64,000 bases of DNA from a virus (IMGVR_UViG_3300042446_000499:8489-72488), one strand, 5' to 3'. Positions 40,012 to 49,729 are shown, counted from the stretch's first letter. Numbers and translations are program-made. Notes: generated from the sequence alone by a model not told the origin.

Positions 40012-40499
40012 TGGCGCAACAGAATACGTTTACTTCATGGAGTAACCCATCTGAGGCTCCAGGTGCTGTCCCTAACAACTTGTATGGACCTGCCCCTGTA
40101 TTCCGCAGTGGTAAAGATGAAGCACTGGCTGGTTACCGTTCGCAACCAGATACTTTGCACCCAGACGGTTACCTTGGAACAATGTCTTCCAACCGCCGTC
40201 AAGATAAAGTTCTAGGAACACTTAGTCGCATGAACGCTCGGCAGTACAGCCGAGGCGTACACAAAGGCGAACGCATTAATTCTGGCGATTATGTATGGCC
40301 TGCTGAGTTTAACCCCATGACTGCGCTTGTATTACAATCGCAAGGGAAGAAGTTTGCACCACCAGGTGCAGAACCTGTTCGGTTAACAAACGATGGAAAA
40401 GTCGGACCACGGGGAATCCCTTCCCCAGATGTAGCACCAGTTGAAATGAACCCACAACGACGCTCTTATTTTAAGAGCCTTATGCCTGCTTGGAGATAA
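40011..40499 (+). CDS. Hypothetical protein
   Basis: 162-aa ORF, TAATG-coupled. Confidence 0.6.
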   Translation: MAQQNTFTSWSNPSEAPGAVPNNLYGPAPVFRSGKDEALAGYRSQPDTLHPDGYLGTMSSNRRQDKVLGTLSRMNARQYSRGVHKGERINSGDYVWPAEFNPMTALVLQSQGKKFAPPGAEPVRLTNDGKVGPRGIPSPDVAPVEMNPQRRSYFKSLMPAWR

Positions 40500-40502
40500 C
40501 TG

Positions 40503-40877
40503 ATGGCTTATAAAGTAAGACGCTCATCACATGGTGGAGACCGCCGACATGGTCGTTCCCTCATTGAGACCCTTAACGATGGTAATGACACCAATGTTGA
40601 TGCATCTGATGCTGAAACCTATGACGAAACCGTAGGACCTCGTGACATGGTTCGCCGTCCAAACACTGAAGAGTGGGGAGAACGTGCTGAGGGTTACCGT
40701 GTTTTTTCGGGTGATAGCGATGACGCAGAACAAGTGCGAATGGTATTTGCCGCAAACGAAGGTCGTTCAACTGGCGGAAGAGGAAAAGTTAGATTTACTA
40801 ACTGGGAAGAGCCTGAAGAAGTAGACGAAAAGTTAGAACGTAAAAAGTGGGAAAAAGAAACGGGTATGAGTTACTAA
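40503..40877 (+). CDS. Hypothetical protein with a basic N-terminus and acidic body
   Basis: ORF track; part of the coupled operon. Confidence 0.55.
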   Translation: MAYKVRRSSHGGDRRHGRSLIETLNDGNDTNVDASDAETYDETVGPRDMVRRPNTEEWGERAEGYRVFSGDSDDAEQVRMVFAANEGRSTGGRGKVRFTNWEEPEEVDEKLERKKWEKETGMSY

Positions 40878-41092
40878 TGGGTGGGCACAGAGACGATGGA
40901 ACGTTCGCAGAGGACAAATCCAAAGGACGTAGTTTAGATAAAACTACTTATTTTTCTCAATTTAACGATGATGCACCAGCAAGTGGTATGCCTCGTCCAG
41001 ACCTAGACGAAGTGCTAGACCCTTGGGACCCCGAGGACATTGAGGAAGAACAAACACTTAAAGAAGAGCGTCTGAAGAAAGGACACTACTAA
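40877..41092 (+). CDS. Small protein, MGGxRDDG family
   Basis: TAATG start at 40877; N-terminus paralogous to 41523. Confidence 0.55.
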   Translation: MGGHRDDGTFAEDKSKGRSLDKTTYFSQFNDDAPASGMPRPDLDEVLDPWDPEDIEEEQTLKEERLKKGHY

Positions 41093-41523
41093 TGACTACT
41101 GACCACAGAGGTCGCCCTGTTGGGGGCAACCACCGCTCAACACCACGTGTACAGCAAGCAATTGCTAAACAAATTCAACGTGATACTAACATTAGCCTTT
41201 ATGAATCAGCAGGGCTTGCATCTAATGTAATTAGAGCACATCGCCAAGGTTCCCCCCTTAGTGGACGTGGTCCAATTGAAACAGGTCCAGTACAAACAGG
41301 TCTTCGTCCATACGTTGGTGACAAAGAATACAATGAGGTTATGGACCGTGTGGGACCAGGTGCATATGACCACGGGCGAGATGATGCATGGAGCGATACA
41401 GCCGCCAGCATTAATTACCCACATGAAGTTAACCGTGCAGTTCGTACTGAAGGTGGAACGGGTAGTTACATTGGTAAAGCCGTAAAGAACCGCCAAGGTT
41501 ACGCCGAGGATGATTCATTCTAA
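41092..41523 (+). CDS. Hypothetical protein, paralog of 43887
   Basis: Shared N-terminus TDHxGRxxGxNHxxTPR. Confidence 0.6.
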   Translation: MTTDHRGRPVGGNHRSTPRVQQAIAKQIQRDTNISLYESAGLASNVIRAHRQGSPLSGRGPIETGPVQTGLRPYVGDKEYNEVMDRVGPGAYDHGRDDAWSDTAASINYPHEVNRAVRTEGGTGSYIGKAVKNRQGYAEDDSF

Positions 41524-41738
41524 TGGGTGGACCACGTGACGACGGTGCATCCGCCGAAGACAAAGCGCACCATGAAGGTCGCAAAGTTTCACGTGCTCAC
41601 ATTGCACGTAGATTTAGTCCAGGTAAGGGTCCAGGGTCCTCCTATGGTACTTGCGTAGGTTGTAATACAGAACAACCTGTTGGTATGTCAGGTCGTTGCC
41701 ATGACTGTGGTACAGAAGACTCAGGAACCGATAAGTAA
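41523..41738 (+). CDS. Small zinc-ribbon protein, MGGxRDDG family
   Basis: CVGC...CHDC; N-terminus paralogous to 40877. Confidence 0.55.
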   Translation: MGGPRDDGASAEDKAHHEGRKVSRAHIARRFSPGKGPGSSYGTCVGCNTEQPVGMSGRCHDCGTEDSGTDK

Positions 41739-42046
41739 TGCCCCAAGTCCCCTATAAGCCTTGGCAATCCCGACAGGAAATGCTCATAGATATGTCGTTG
41801 CAAAGCGCCATTTCTGACCCTGAGACCATCAGAGCAATTCGTCCTATCGTGCCACAGCAACTCATGCCTGAAAGATTAGGTTTTTCTAAGCAAGAGATGG
41901 GAATTATGGACGTTCTAAACACCGATAGGTTTGCGCCGACTTATCGTTCTTGGGTCTCAGGCGCACCAGTAATGTTCCGTAACGGCTTTATCGCAGATGA
42001 CTTCACAGGTTCTAGCCGCTATTCAATGCAAGGATTATCAACATAA
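41738..42046 (+). CDS. Hypothetical protein
   Basis: TAATG-coupled ORF. Confidence 0.55.
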   Translation: MPQVPYKPWQSRQEMLIDMSLQSAISDPETIRAIRPIVPQQLMPERLGFSKQEMGIMDVLNTDRFAPTYRSWVSGAPVMFRNGFIADDFTGSSRYSMQGLST

Positions 42047-43539
42047 TGCCAGTAAATGATTACCGCCAAGACCAAGCACAACAAACGTTTGATGCTCAAC
42101 AACAACAAGGTGCTCGTCAACGTACGTTTGGCTTCCAAACAGGATTAGGAACACAAGCACCAACAGGTGCCGCACCTACTGCTGGACCAGTTGGCTCTAT
42201 GGGACCACGCCAAGGACCAAACACAGGTGCAACACCAAACTACGGTATCCCTGCACAGACAAATTATGGTGCAGGCAATAGTTCAGGTCGTTCAGGCACC
42301 ATGCCTACAGGTGGAAGCACCAGTTCTATGTCTCAAGCATGGGGTGGTTCTGGTGGAAACGCACAGCAATCCATTACACAGCCAGCAGGCAGTCGTGCAC
42401 TTCGCCGTGGTTCTACCGTTCAACAACAAAATGTTGGAAATACTTACCGTTCCTACAGCATGGGTAACGATGATTTTAGTAACAATAACTTTGGCGATGT
42501 GCTTGGTGCAGGTGCTCAACAAGACAAGCGTGTCCAATCAAGTGTTATCCAAACTGGTGGAAACTCTGTTACCCAAGACGCCAGTGGTGGCGCTGGTGGT
42601 CGTACAGGAAACGGTGGAGCCGCTCCTGGTGGTGCAGGTGGAGCAGGAGGTGGAGCAGCCGCTCCAGCCGCTCCAAAACGTGCTCGTACAGGTGGGCGTG
42701 TTGCTGGTCAAGTATCTGACACCCCAGGCGCTCAAGCCGCACGTACTCGCCGTGCAAACAGCAAAGCCGCTGGTGGCGCTGGTGGCGCTGGTGGCGCTGG
42801 TGGCAAAGGTGGAAACAGTGGAGCAGCACCAGGTGGCGCAGGTGGGCAGAACACCGCCACAGTAGGTGACCAAATCAGCGTTGATTTTGGAGCACCTTCA
42901 TTTGCTACAAAAAACCCGAAAGCACCAGCACCAACTGGAGACGTAAGTGTTAATTCTGGTAATAGAACAATTTCTCAAAAAGGTAAAGACCTTTCTGCGT
43001 CCCAGTCGGATGATAGTAGTACAAAAACCACAACTACAAATACGACTAATCCTCCTCCAGCGCCCCCTGCCGCACCTCCAGCAGGTGGTGCCACACCAAC
43101 TACTCCTCCACCTCCAGCAGGTGGCGGTACGCCAGCACCAGCAACTCCTAAAAAGAGTGGAGCACCTGCTACGCCAGCCGCTCCAGCGCCTGCGCCACGT
43201 ACACAGGCACCTTCACCTAGACCAACTGCTGCTCCTGGACCAACTCCAGCAGGTCCTCAAGCACAAGTAACAGGACCTGCTACAGCAGGACCACCACAAG
43301 TTCAACCAGCCGCTCCAGCACCTGCACCTGCTAAAGCAACTCCTGCACCAGCGGCGGCTCCAGCCGCAAAGACAGCACCAGCCGCAAAGCCTGTTGCTAA
43401 AAAAGAAGCAGTTAAAAAAGCAGCCACTAAAAAAGTAGATGCTGCTGTTAAAGAAACACCAGCACCTGCTAAAGAAACTCCTGCAAAGAAGGAACCTGCA
43501 AAGAAAGCGGCGGCTCCTAAGAAAGACCCAAAAGCGTAG
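42046..43539 (+). CDS. Long low-complexity (G/A/P/Q/K) disordered protein with a histone H1-like PAKK tail; possible 540-aa -1 frameshift isoform ending at 43667
   Basis: Composition of the 497-aa ORF; slippery CCCAAAA plus hairpin at the stop. Confidence 0.7.
   Translation: MPVNDYRQDQAQQTFDAQQQQGARQRTFGFQTGLGTQAPTGAAPTAGPVGSMGPRQGPNTGATPNYGIPAQTNYGAGNSSGRSGTMPTGGSTSSMSQAWGGSGGNAQQSITQPAGSRALRRGSTVQQQNVGNTYRSYSMGNDDFSNNNFGDVLGAGAQQDKRVQSSVIQTGGNSVTQDASGGAGGRTGNGGAAPGGAGGAGGGAAAPAAPKRARTGGRVAGQVSDTPGAQAARTRRANSKAAGGAGGAGGAGGKGGNSGAAPGGAGGQNTATVGDQISVDFGAPSFATKNPKAPAPTGDVSVNSGNRTISQKGKDLSASQSDDSSTKTTTTNTTNPPPAPPAAPPAGGATPTTPPPPAGGGTPAPATPKKSGAPATPAAPAPAPRTQAPSPRPTAAPGPTPAGPQAQVTGPATAGPPQVQPAAPAPAPAKATPAPAAAPAAKTAPAAKPVAKKEAVKKAATKKVDAAVKETPAPAKETPAKKEPAKKAAAPKKDPKA
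42769..42804 (+). repeat. Coding tandem repeat (GCTGGTGGC)x4 = AGG x4
   Basis: Read directly from the sequence. Confidence 0.85.
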
Positions 43540-43561
43540 AGGAGTCTCCTAAAGAGGCTCC
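43527..43561 (+). other. -1 programmed ribosomal frameshift signal
   Basis: C CCA AAA heptamer in frame, 7-nt spacer, GGAGTCTC-ctaaa-GAGGCTCC hairpin, 44 open codons in the -1 frame. Confidence 0.65.
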
Positions 43562-43664
43562 AAAAGCACCCATGGAGATGGACGTAAGACCAAATCCACA
43601 AGGCGTCAATGAACGCCACGTAAAAGTCGGAGACCAATGGGTCCCATTATCAAAGTATAATAAA

Positions 43665-43682
43665 TGATAGGATTATAGTATG
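43665..43682 (+). promoter_or_regulatory. Extended -10 promoter for a leaderless mRNA
   Basis: TGa-TAGGAT, then 6 nt, then ATG 43680. Confidence 0.5.
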
Positions 43683-43877
43683 GCAGTTAATGATTCCCGT
43701 TCCATGAATATGGACCTCATCCGTGGCGCAGGCGACGGAAAATTCAAATCTCTCACCCCAAGTCGTGGTGGAGAAGTTGACCCAACCTCAGCAACAATTC
43801 GTAAGGAACAGTTGCAAATTCAATATAATGTTCAGACGTCACCAGACTTTCCGAACTATGAAACACACTTGCGATAG
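43680..43877 (+). CDS. Hypothetical protein
   Basis: 65-aa ORF with a leaderless-type start. Confidence 0.55.
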   Translation: MAVNDSRSMNMDLIRGAGDGKFKSLTPSRGGEVDPTSATIRKEQLQIQYNVQTSPDFPNYETHLR

Positions 43878-43886
43878 GAGCAACTG

Positions 43887-44264
43887 ATGGGAACAGACCA
43901 CAAAGGACGCCGTATCGGTGACAACCATAAAGCAACGCCACGCATTTCTCAAATGCTTGCGTACAAAATGGGTTATGACCCTAAATTTTTAGGTGGCGCT
44001 ATTCCAGAAGAATACCGTGAAGAAACTGCTCAAAATTTGATTGATTCACACCGTGCTGGTGTGGGAAGAGGTCGTGGTGGTTCTAACGCAACACCATTGA
44101 TTTCAGATGTTGTTAAAAATCGTCACGGTATTGTAGATGGTATTGCTGAAGAAAGGTACCAACGTGCCTGGAATGTGACAAGCCCACGAGAAGAATGGGG
44201 CAATGATGATGGCAGGAATTCTTATTTGTTTGACCACCCTGATGACCCACCACGAGGGTACTAG
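43887..44264 (+). CDS. Hypothetical protein, paralog of 41092
   Basis: AGGAG RBS; shared N-terminus. Confidence 0.6.
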   Translation: MGTDHKGRRIGDNHKATPRISQMLAYKMGYDPKFLGGAIPEEYREETAQNLIDSHRAGVGRGRGGSNATPLISDVVKNRHGIVDGIAEERYQRAWNVTSPREEWGNDDGRNSYLFDHPDDPPRGY

Positions 44265-44314
44265 ACAACCTACTTAATTGTCCTGTAGGCTGAGAGCCTA
44301 CCAAGGAGTATAAA

Positions 44315-44782
44315 ATGGCTGAAACAGGTTTTGACCGTATCCTCGTTTGCAAACATCATGGTGTTATGTACAAGATGCGTCCTTATGATGGACCACCTGA
44401 GTATGACCAAGAACTTATTGAGTTGTGCAATCGTCACAATGCTCAGTTCCCTGACTCAGATAAATGTCGTGCAACCATCTACCGAACAGACCCAGAGACG
44501 GCTAGTAAATTGGATATGGAGTCAGCACTTACAAAAGAGTTGTCTGACCATGACGTGTACATCAAAGATTACCGTGATGACTTAAAGGTTGAAGCCCTGA
44601 AATGTTTTAACCAGCACAATCGCCCTAGTGATGGTTGCCCTGATTGGTGCATTGAGGCTAAAACTATTGGTCGCAAGATTGGTGTTCCGCCAGAGAAGCG
44701 CCAGTATCTCTGCATGTATTGCCCTGCTGGTGCACACGTTGCACACATTGAACGTAAGGCTATGGGGCTTTACGACCAATGA
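44315..44782 (+). CDS. Cys/His-rich hypothetical protein
   Basis: AAGGAG RBS; C..H.RP...C...C..C pattern. Confidence 0.6.
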   Translation: MAETGFDRILVCKHHGVMYKMRPYDGPPEYDQELIELCNRHNAQFPDSDKCRATIYRTDPETASKLDMESALTKELSDHDVYIKDYRDDLKVEALKCFNQHNRPSDGCPDWCIEAKTIGRKIGVPPEKRQYLCMYCPAGAHVAHIERKAMGLYDQ

Positions 44783-45270
44783 TTTTTATTACCTTTGATA
44801 CTCTTGCTAGCCCAGCAGAGTCATTGGGCGCAAGACAACCCCGTCCTGAAACACGTCGTTTGTGGAGTGCTTTATTTCCTCATTACCATGGGCGCATTGT
44901 GGTTATTGCAGATGGCATCCCTCGGGATGGTATTAACGGTGAAGAAATTCTTAAAGAATGGTTAAAGCGTGAAGGGTTTAAAGCAACTTCTGTAGATATT
45001 TCTAGCGAGAAGAGTTCTGAAGTTGTGTATGACCGAGTCATGGCTCTTGCGTCAGTATTTGGAAAACCTCATTGGTTCATTGACACCAACCCTGAATCTA
45101 TTGCTAAAGTGGCTCGCTACGGCATACCTACACTTTTAATGACCATTCCACATACCATTCGTCCTGAATGGGATAAAGGTCGGGAAATCAAAGGTTGGGA
45201 TACGCTTGTAGAAGAAATCAATAAGCAAGAAATGGCTAAAAAAGAAAGAAGTTGGGGCGACATTGAGTGA
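44779..45270 (+). CDS. Hypothetical protein (degenerate HAD-like fold)
   Basis: IFITFD.L N-terminus, WL...G and FIDTNP......G.P.L HAD-like elements. Confidence 0.45.
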   Translation: MIFITFDTLASPAESLGARQPRPETRRLWSALFPHYHGRIVVIADGIPRDGINGEEILKEWLKREGFKATSVDISSEKSSEVVYDRVMALASVFGKPHWFIDTNPESIAKVARYGIPTLLMTIPHTIRPEWDKGREIKGWDTLVEEINKQEMAKKERSWGDIE

Positions 45271-45502
45271 CATGACGTTTGAAGAATGGTATCAAATTGG
45301 GATGGATAAGAGTTTCTGTGGTCCACCTATATGTGTAGAACACGATGGATACCCAAGCACAGAAGATGAAGACGCATGGTGCGAAGAGAATGGTGAGATG
45401 CCTTGTTTCTCCATGGTTCGCCTATACGCCGATGACCTTGAACGCCTACTTGTAGAGCAGAACCACTCCCCTTCGGTGTGGCGCAGAGTTGGCTGGGAAT
45501 GA
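45263..45502 (+). CDS. Small acidic hypothetical protein
   Basis: ORF track; C..HDG.P motif. Confidence 0.5.
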   Translation: MSDMTFEEWYQIGMDKSFCGPPICVEHDGYPSTEDEDAWCEENGEMPCFSMVRLYADDLERLLVEQNHSPSVWRRVGWE

Positions 45503-46935
45503 AAATATACTTTGGTGGTGCTGAGAAAGGCTCTTACCGAAACATGCTGTTATCCGCAGGGGTAACTCGTTTTGGTATCAATCTGACTCATCTCCCTGTC
45601 CCAAAGAAAAAAGAACAAGACCTTGGCACCATGTTCAATGGTGGAGAGGTTCTTCTTTATGTTTCTGAGACAGACGAAGACATCGCTAAGTACGATACTT
45701 TTATTCGTCAGCATGCTGACAACCTCAGTATTGTCATTGGACAGCCCCAGTACGATGGTGCATGGCTTGGAGAAAAGTACGTTCCTATCTGGAATGACCC
45801 CGAAGACCTTGAGAGGTTGGCATGGTTGTGCCAGCGACATGGCAAGGTTGCTATCTCTGACAAGGCTATTAACGGTAAGAACCTAAACCGAATCAAGCAG
45901 TTGTCAACCCGATGGGGCACCCACCTCATTGGTCTCACATCTAAGCCTGACTTGATTGAAAGCATTGCTTGGGACTCCGTTGTGGTGGTCTCATGGACGT
46001 CTGTCATCCGCTATGGCGAGACACAGGTGTGGGATGGGCATGGGCTACGCAGGTACCCAGCACAACAAAAAGACTCTGCTCGTAAGAAACATCGTGCCGA
46101 TATTATTCGCCTTGGTATTGACATTGACGCAGTCATGGAAGACGAAGTGTCTGCCGTTGGTTCGCTTGCTATTGAGTCTTGGAAGCAATGGGAAACTAAA
46201 ACATTTGGGGGCTATGACCACATGCAAGACGATGATGAGCAAGAATTTGGTACCCCTAAAAACGGGGACATAATTGCTACCAACCCTAATACCCCTGATG
46301 CAGGAAACGTGGTTCCTAGGGGTACAAGTATTGCTACCAACGTGCCTGAGAAGCGGCACGAGGGTAACCGTGTATTGCTACCAGTAATGGGTGTAGAGAA
46401 CATTACCTCTATGGGGTCGCAAAGCCTTGATAGAGAAGGGGAATCTATTGAAATTGCCCCTGAAATAACCCCCCTGCTTAGGTACAATGCGAACCCTTTA
46501 CGACAGTGTAATAATTGCTACTTATCCTCACGTTGTCCCTCATTTCAAGAAAATACTGAGTGTGCGTTTTCTTTGCCGATTGAGATTCGGACTAAAGACC
46601 AACTTAGTGCCGCAATGAGGGCGCTTGTAGAGATGCAAGTGGGTCGTGTGATGTTCGCTAGGTTTGCTGAAGAGATGGAAGGGCAAGGTCTTGACCCGTC
46701 TCTGTCGGCTGAAATGGACAGAGTGTTTGCCCTTGTAGAGAAGATGCGAAACATCTCAGACAACCGAGAGATGGTCAGTCTCAAGGTAGAAGCAAGTGGC
46801 TCCAGTGGCGTACTGTCCCGACTGTTTGGACAAAAGGCTGGGGAGCATGCTCGCCAACTCCCCAACGGTGGATTTGACAGTGGACAAACCGACGCCCTTT
46901 ACGCAGACATAATTGATTTATCTGAAGAGAGTTGA
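45499..46935 (+). CDS. Two-domain protein: TGT/DpdA-like barrel (degenerate) plus a Cys4/helical C-terminal domain
   Basis: H.IG....WDSV...SW.S..RYG resembles the TGT-like DS.D..SW segment; C..C....C.......C near the C-terminus. Confidence 0.4.
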   Translation: MKIYFGGAEKGSYRNMLLSAGVTRFGINLTHLPVPKKKEQDLGTMFNGGEVLLYVSETDEDIAKYDTFIRQHADNLSIVIGQPQYDGAWLGEKYVPIWNDPEDLERLAWLCQRHGKVAISDKAINGKNLNRIKQLSTRWGTHLIGLTSKPDLIESIAWDSVVVVSWTSVIRYGETQVWDGHGLRRYPAQQKDSARKKHRADIIRLGIDIDAVMEDEVSAVGSLAIESWKQWETKTFGGYDHMQDDDEQEFGTPKNGDIIATNPNTPDAGNVVPRGTSIATNVPEKRHEGNRVLLPVMGVENITSMGSQSLDREGESIEIAPEITPLLRYNANPLRQCNNCYLSSRCPSFQENTECAFSLPIEIRTKDQLSAAMRALVEMQVGRVMFARFAEEMEGQGLDPSLSAEMDRVFALVEKMRNISDNREMVSLKVEASGSSGVLSRLFGQKAGEHARQLPNGGFDSGQTDALYADIIDLSEES

Positions 46936-46970
46936 CAAGTCCCCAAATAAGGACATAGACTCCGTACATG
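46932..46970 (+). promoter_or_regulatory. Canonical sigma-A/70 promoter, leaderless
   Basis: TTGACA (46932), 18 nt, TAGACT (46956), 6 nt, ATG 46968. Confidence 0.75.
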
Positions 46971-47984
46971 TCTAAACATGTACTAGTAACTGGCGGTTGT
47001 GGTTTTGCAGGTCACCATCTTATTGAACACCTCCTCGTCAACACCGATTGGGAAATCACGATAGTTGATTCCCTTACCTATGCAGGACGGGTTGACCGCT
47101 TAACGGACATCAATGGGTATGACCCCAAGCGTGTTCACATTATGTGGCATGACCTACGCTCCCCGATGCCTCCAAACACCCCTGATGTAAATTATGTTCT
47201 ACACCTTGCGGCTGAGTCGCATGTGGATAGGTCAATTACCAATCCAGTTCCTTTTATTTTGAACAACATCATGGCAACCACCAACCTTGTGGAGTGGGCA
47301 CGTCACCAAGACAACCTAGAACACTTTATTCAGATTTCTACTGATGAGGTGTATGGTCCTGCCCCTGAAGGTTACGCACACCGTGAGTGGATTGACCCCA
47401 TGCTTCCATCTAACCCATATGCGGCTAGCAAGGTTGGGCAAGAGGCTGTTGCTATCTCTTACTGGCGCACATACGGTCTCCCCCTGACTATTACTAACAC
47501 TATGAACTTGTATGGGGAACGTCAAGACATTGAGAAGTTTGTTCCTAAGACCATGAAGGCACTACTTGCAGGAGACAAAGTTATTTTGCATGGTCGGGAA
47601 GCAAAACATGGGTTTGTGTATTCATCACGACATTGGCTACATGCTCGTAACCATGCTGATGCTTTGCTTTGGCTCTTGCGTGAAACAACCCCTTACGTAT
47701 ACGGAACCAGCCCTGTCTTTCCTCAACTTCCAAATCGTTGGCACGTGGCTGGTGAAGAACGCAACGTACTAGAAATGACATATGAAATTGCCAAAACACT
47801 TGGTGTTAAAAACATTAATCATGAGAACGTTGATTACCACTCAAGTCGCCCAGGTCATGACCACCGTTACGCACTGGACAACAGCAAAATTATGAACGCT
47901 GGATGGAAACCTCCGTACAGCCTTGAAGAGGCACTGACAAAAGCAGTGGAATGGACAATGGAGAACCAAAAATGGGTGAAATGA
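46968..47984 (+). CDS. rmlB: dTDP-glucose 4,6-dehydratase (RmlB-like)
   Basis: TGGCGF.G, D.LTYAG, HLAAESHVDRSI, STDEVYG, PY.ASK and RPGHD.RY motifs. Confidence 0.9.
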   Translation: MSKHVLVTGGCGFAGHHLIEHLLVNTDWEITIVDSLTYAGRVDRLTDINGYDPKRVHIMWHDLRSPMPPNTPDVNYVLHLAAESHVDRSITNPVPFILNNIMATTNLVEWARHQDNLEHFIQISTDEVYGPAPEGYAHREWIDPMLPSNPYAASKVGQEAVAISYWRTYGLPLTITNTMNLYGERQDIEKFVPKTMKALLAGDKVILHGREAKHGFVYSSRHWLHARNHADALLWLLRETTPYVYGTSPVFPQLPNRWHVAGEERNVLEMTYEIAKTLGVKNINHENVDYHSSRPGHDHRYALDNSKIMNAGWKPPYSLEEALTKAVEWTMENQKWVK

Positions 47985-48712
47985 TTACCGACATTGGCAT
48001 GGACATGGATGGGGTTGTTTACCCCTTTGTCAATGCTTTCAAAAGTTATTGTGCTGAACGTCAAGGAAAGTTGTTTCTTCCTGAGCCAACAAGTTGGCAT
48101 TTCTATGAAGACTGGGACATGGATGAACACACATTTCATGAATGGGTAGAAGACGCCGCTACAAACTACGAAGTGTTCTCTTCTCAAAAACCCTACGCAG
48201 GGGTAACAGATGCATGGAATGAACTACGTGCTATGGGTATCAAAATCCACGTCCTCACCGCACGTCCTCAAGCCGCATGGGAGCAAACGGCTAAGTGGCT
48301 GACTGCACAAGGTTTGGTTGCTGACAGTCTGCACTTTAACCCCACAAAAGGCTTTCTCACAAAGATTGCAAAAGGTCAAGCACTTATTATTGACGACCAT
48401 GTCCAGTATTACGATGAAGCAGAAAAGAATGACATCATTCCTGTTCTTATGACTCGTGCATGGAACACACATAAAGAAGACGCAACACGTGTAAATAACT
48501 TGTCTGAATTAGTATCCCTCATACGTGGTTACAACCTTGTAAAGAAAACTGAAAAGACTTCTATGTCTAAGAAATTAGCAACGTACTACAAAGAAGAAAA
48601 GCCATCTCCATACATGAAAAAATTGCATGAACGGTACCCAGTAGAACCTCATAAGAAACCAGAACCAATTTGGACGTACCCAACAAAAGACGATGGGGTT
48701 TGGCGAAACTAA
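47981..48712 (+). CDS. HAD-family 5'(3')-deoxyribonucleotidase-like protein
   Basis: DMDGV, LTAR, IIDD and WN motifs. Confidence 0.8.
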   Translation: MITDIGMDMDGVVYPFVNAFKSYCAERQGKLFLPEPTSWHFYEDWDMDEHTFHEWVEDAATNYEVFSSQKPYAGVTDAWNELRAMGIKIHVLTARPQAAWEQTAKWLTAQGLVADSLHFNPTKGFLTKIAKGQALIIDDHVQYYDEAEKNDIIPVLMTRAWNTHKEDATRVNNLSELVSLIRGYNLVKKTEKTSMSKKLATYYKEEKPSPYMKKLHERYPVEPHKKPEPIWTYPTKDDGVWRN

Positions 48713-49038
48713 TGACTACATCTTCACGAGCAAAACTGTTGGTAGATGCTTCTAACCTAATTGACGGAGACCGTAACGTTCAATATGGCGACCCCATTGA
48801 CGACTTCTCACTTACAGCCTCTATGTGGGAAGCCTACTTACGCCGTATTGTTATTACACGTAATACTGGTGGAGAAGTATTTCTTGACCCACATGATGTT
48901 GCTGTCATGATGTTGCTTGTAAAGGTATCTCGTTTAGCACAGTCCCCTGAAAAGCAAGACCATTGGTTAGACATTGCTGGATACGCAGGATGTGGTTGGG
49001 AGTGTGCTGAACAAATGTACAAACCTAGTGGACACTGA
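48712..49038 (+). CDS. DUF6378-like phage protein
   Basis: DR..QYGDP...A..W...DVA.MM.L.K.SR....D.W.DIAGYA. Confidence 0.75.
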   Translation: MTTSSRAKLLVDASNLIDGDRNVQYGDPIDDFSLTASMWEAYLRRIVITRNTGGEVFLDPHDVAVMMLLVKVSRLAQSPEKQDHWLDIAGYAGCGWECAEQMYKPSGH

Positions 49039-49213
49039 AGAAACAAAACAAGCCTACGCACGTGCGATGGGCTACACAACAAATGAAGATTACGCACAAC
49101 TCAAAGCAGACTATGAAGCACTCAAGAAACGTTATGAACAAATACTGGTTGCTGTTGAAGACAGCACTGAAGCGGTTCTTAGAATTGCTAGAGAAGGCAA
49201 AATGGATTTGTAA
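49028..49213 (+). CDS. Small coiled-coil protein
   Basis: GTG start; TAATG-coupled to whiB. Confidence 0.45.
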   Translation: MDTEETKQAYARAMGYTTNEDYAQLKADYEALKKRYEQILVAVEDSTEAVLRIAREGKMDL

Positions 49214-49623
49214 TGCAATTACACCTGTGGATGGAAGAGGCATCTTGCCGCAAACGTAGAAACGACTTCTGGTATCCACCATTAGATACTGACGTTCCCG
49301 ATAACTATTACGCTATTGGACGTGAGGTGTGCCATCGTTGCCCTGTATGGGATAAGTGCTTAGACGCAGGCATTGACGAGAAATGGGGCATGTGGGGTGG
49401 TCTCACTCCACAAGAGCGAACAGTTATTGTTACTACTAATCCAAAGCCATCAGCAATAAAACAGCATGGTTCATGGATTAGATACCGACAAGGGTGTCGC
49501 TGTTCTGATTGTATTGACGGGCATAATCAACCCACAAATAAAATCAACATAAACGTCATTCCAAAGCATGGTGAACCTGTTCAAGATTTAGAAATGTTGC
49601 GTTTCAACTTGCTTTCAACCTGA
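49213..49623 (+). CDS. whiB: WhiB-family transcription factor with an extra C-terminal HG...Y..GCRC..C module
   Basis: W...A.C...C..CPV...C....GMWGG....R Fe-S signature. Confidence 0.9.
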   Translation: MQLHLWMEEASCRKRRNDFWYPPLDTDVPDNYYAIGREVCHRCPVWDKCLDAGIDEKWGMWGGLTPQERTVIVTTNPKPSAIKQHGSWIRYRQGCRCSDCIDGHNQPTNKININVIPKHGEPVQDLEMLRFNLLST

Positions 49624-49729
49624 TTGCGTGTAAAATGTAACTAGAGACCCATACCAAGGCTTTACCCCCGAGCACCTAGTGCTCTCTTGGTATGGGTTCT
49701 TTGCATTATTGGACAAACATTGGAGACAG

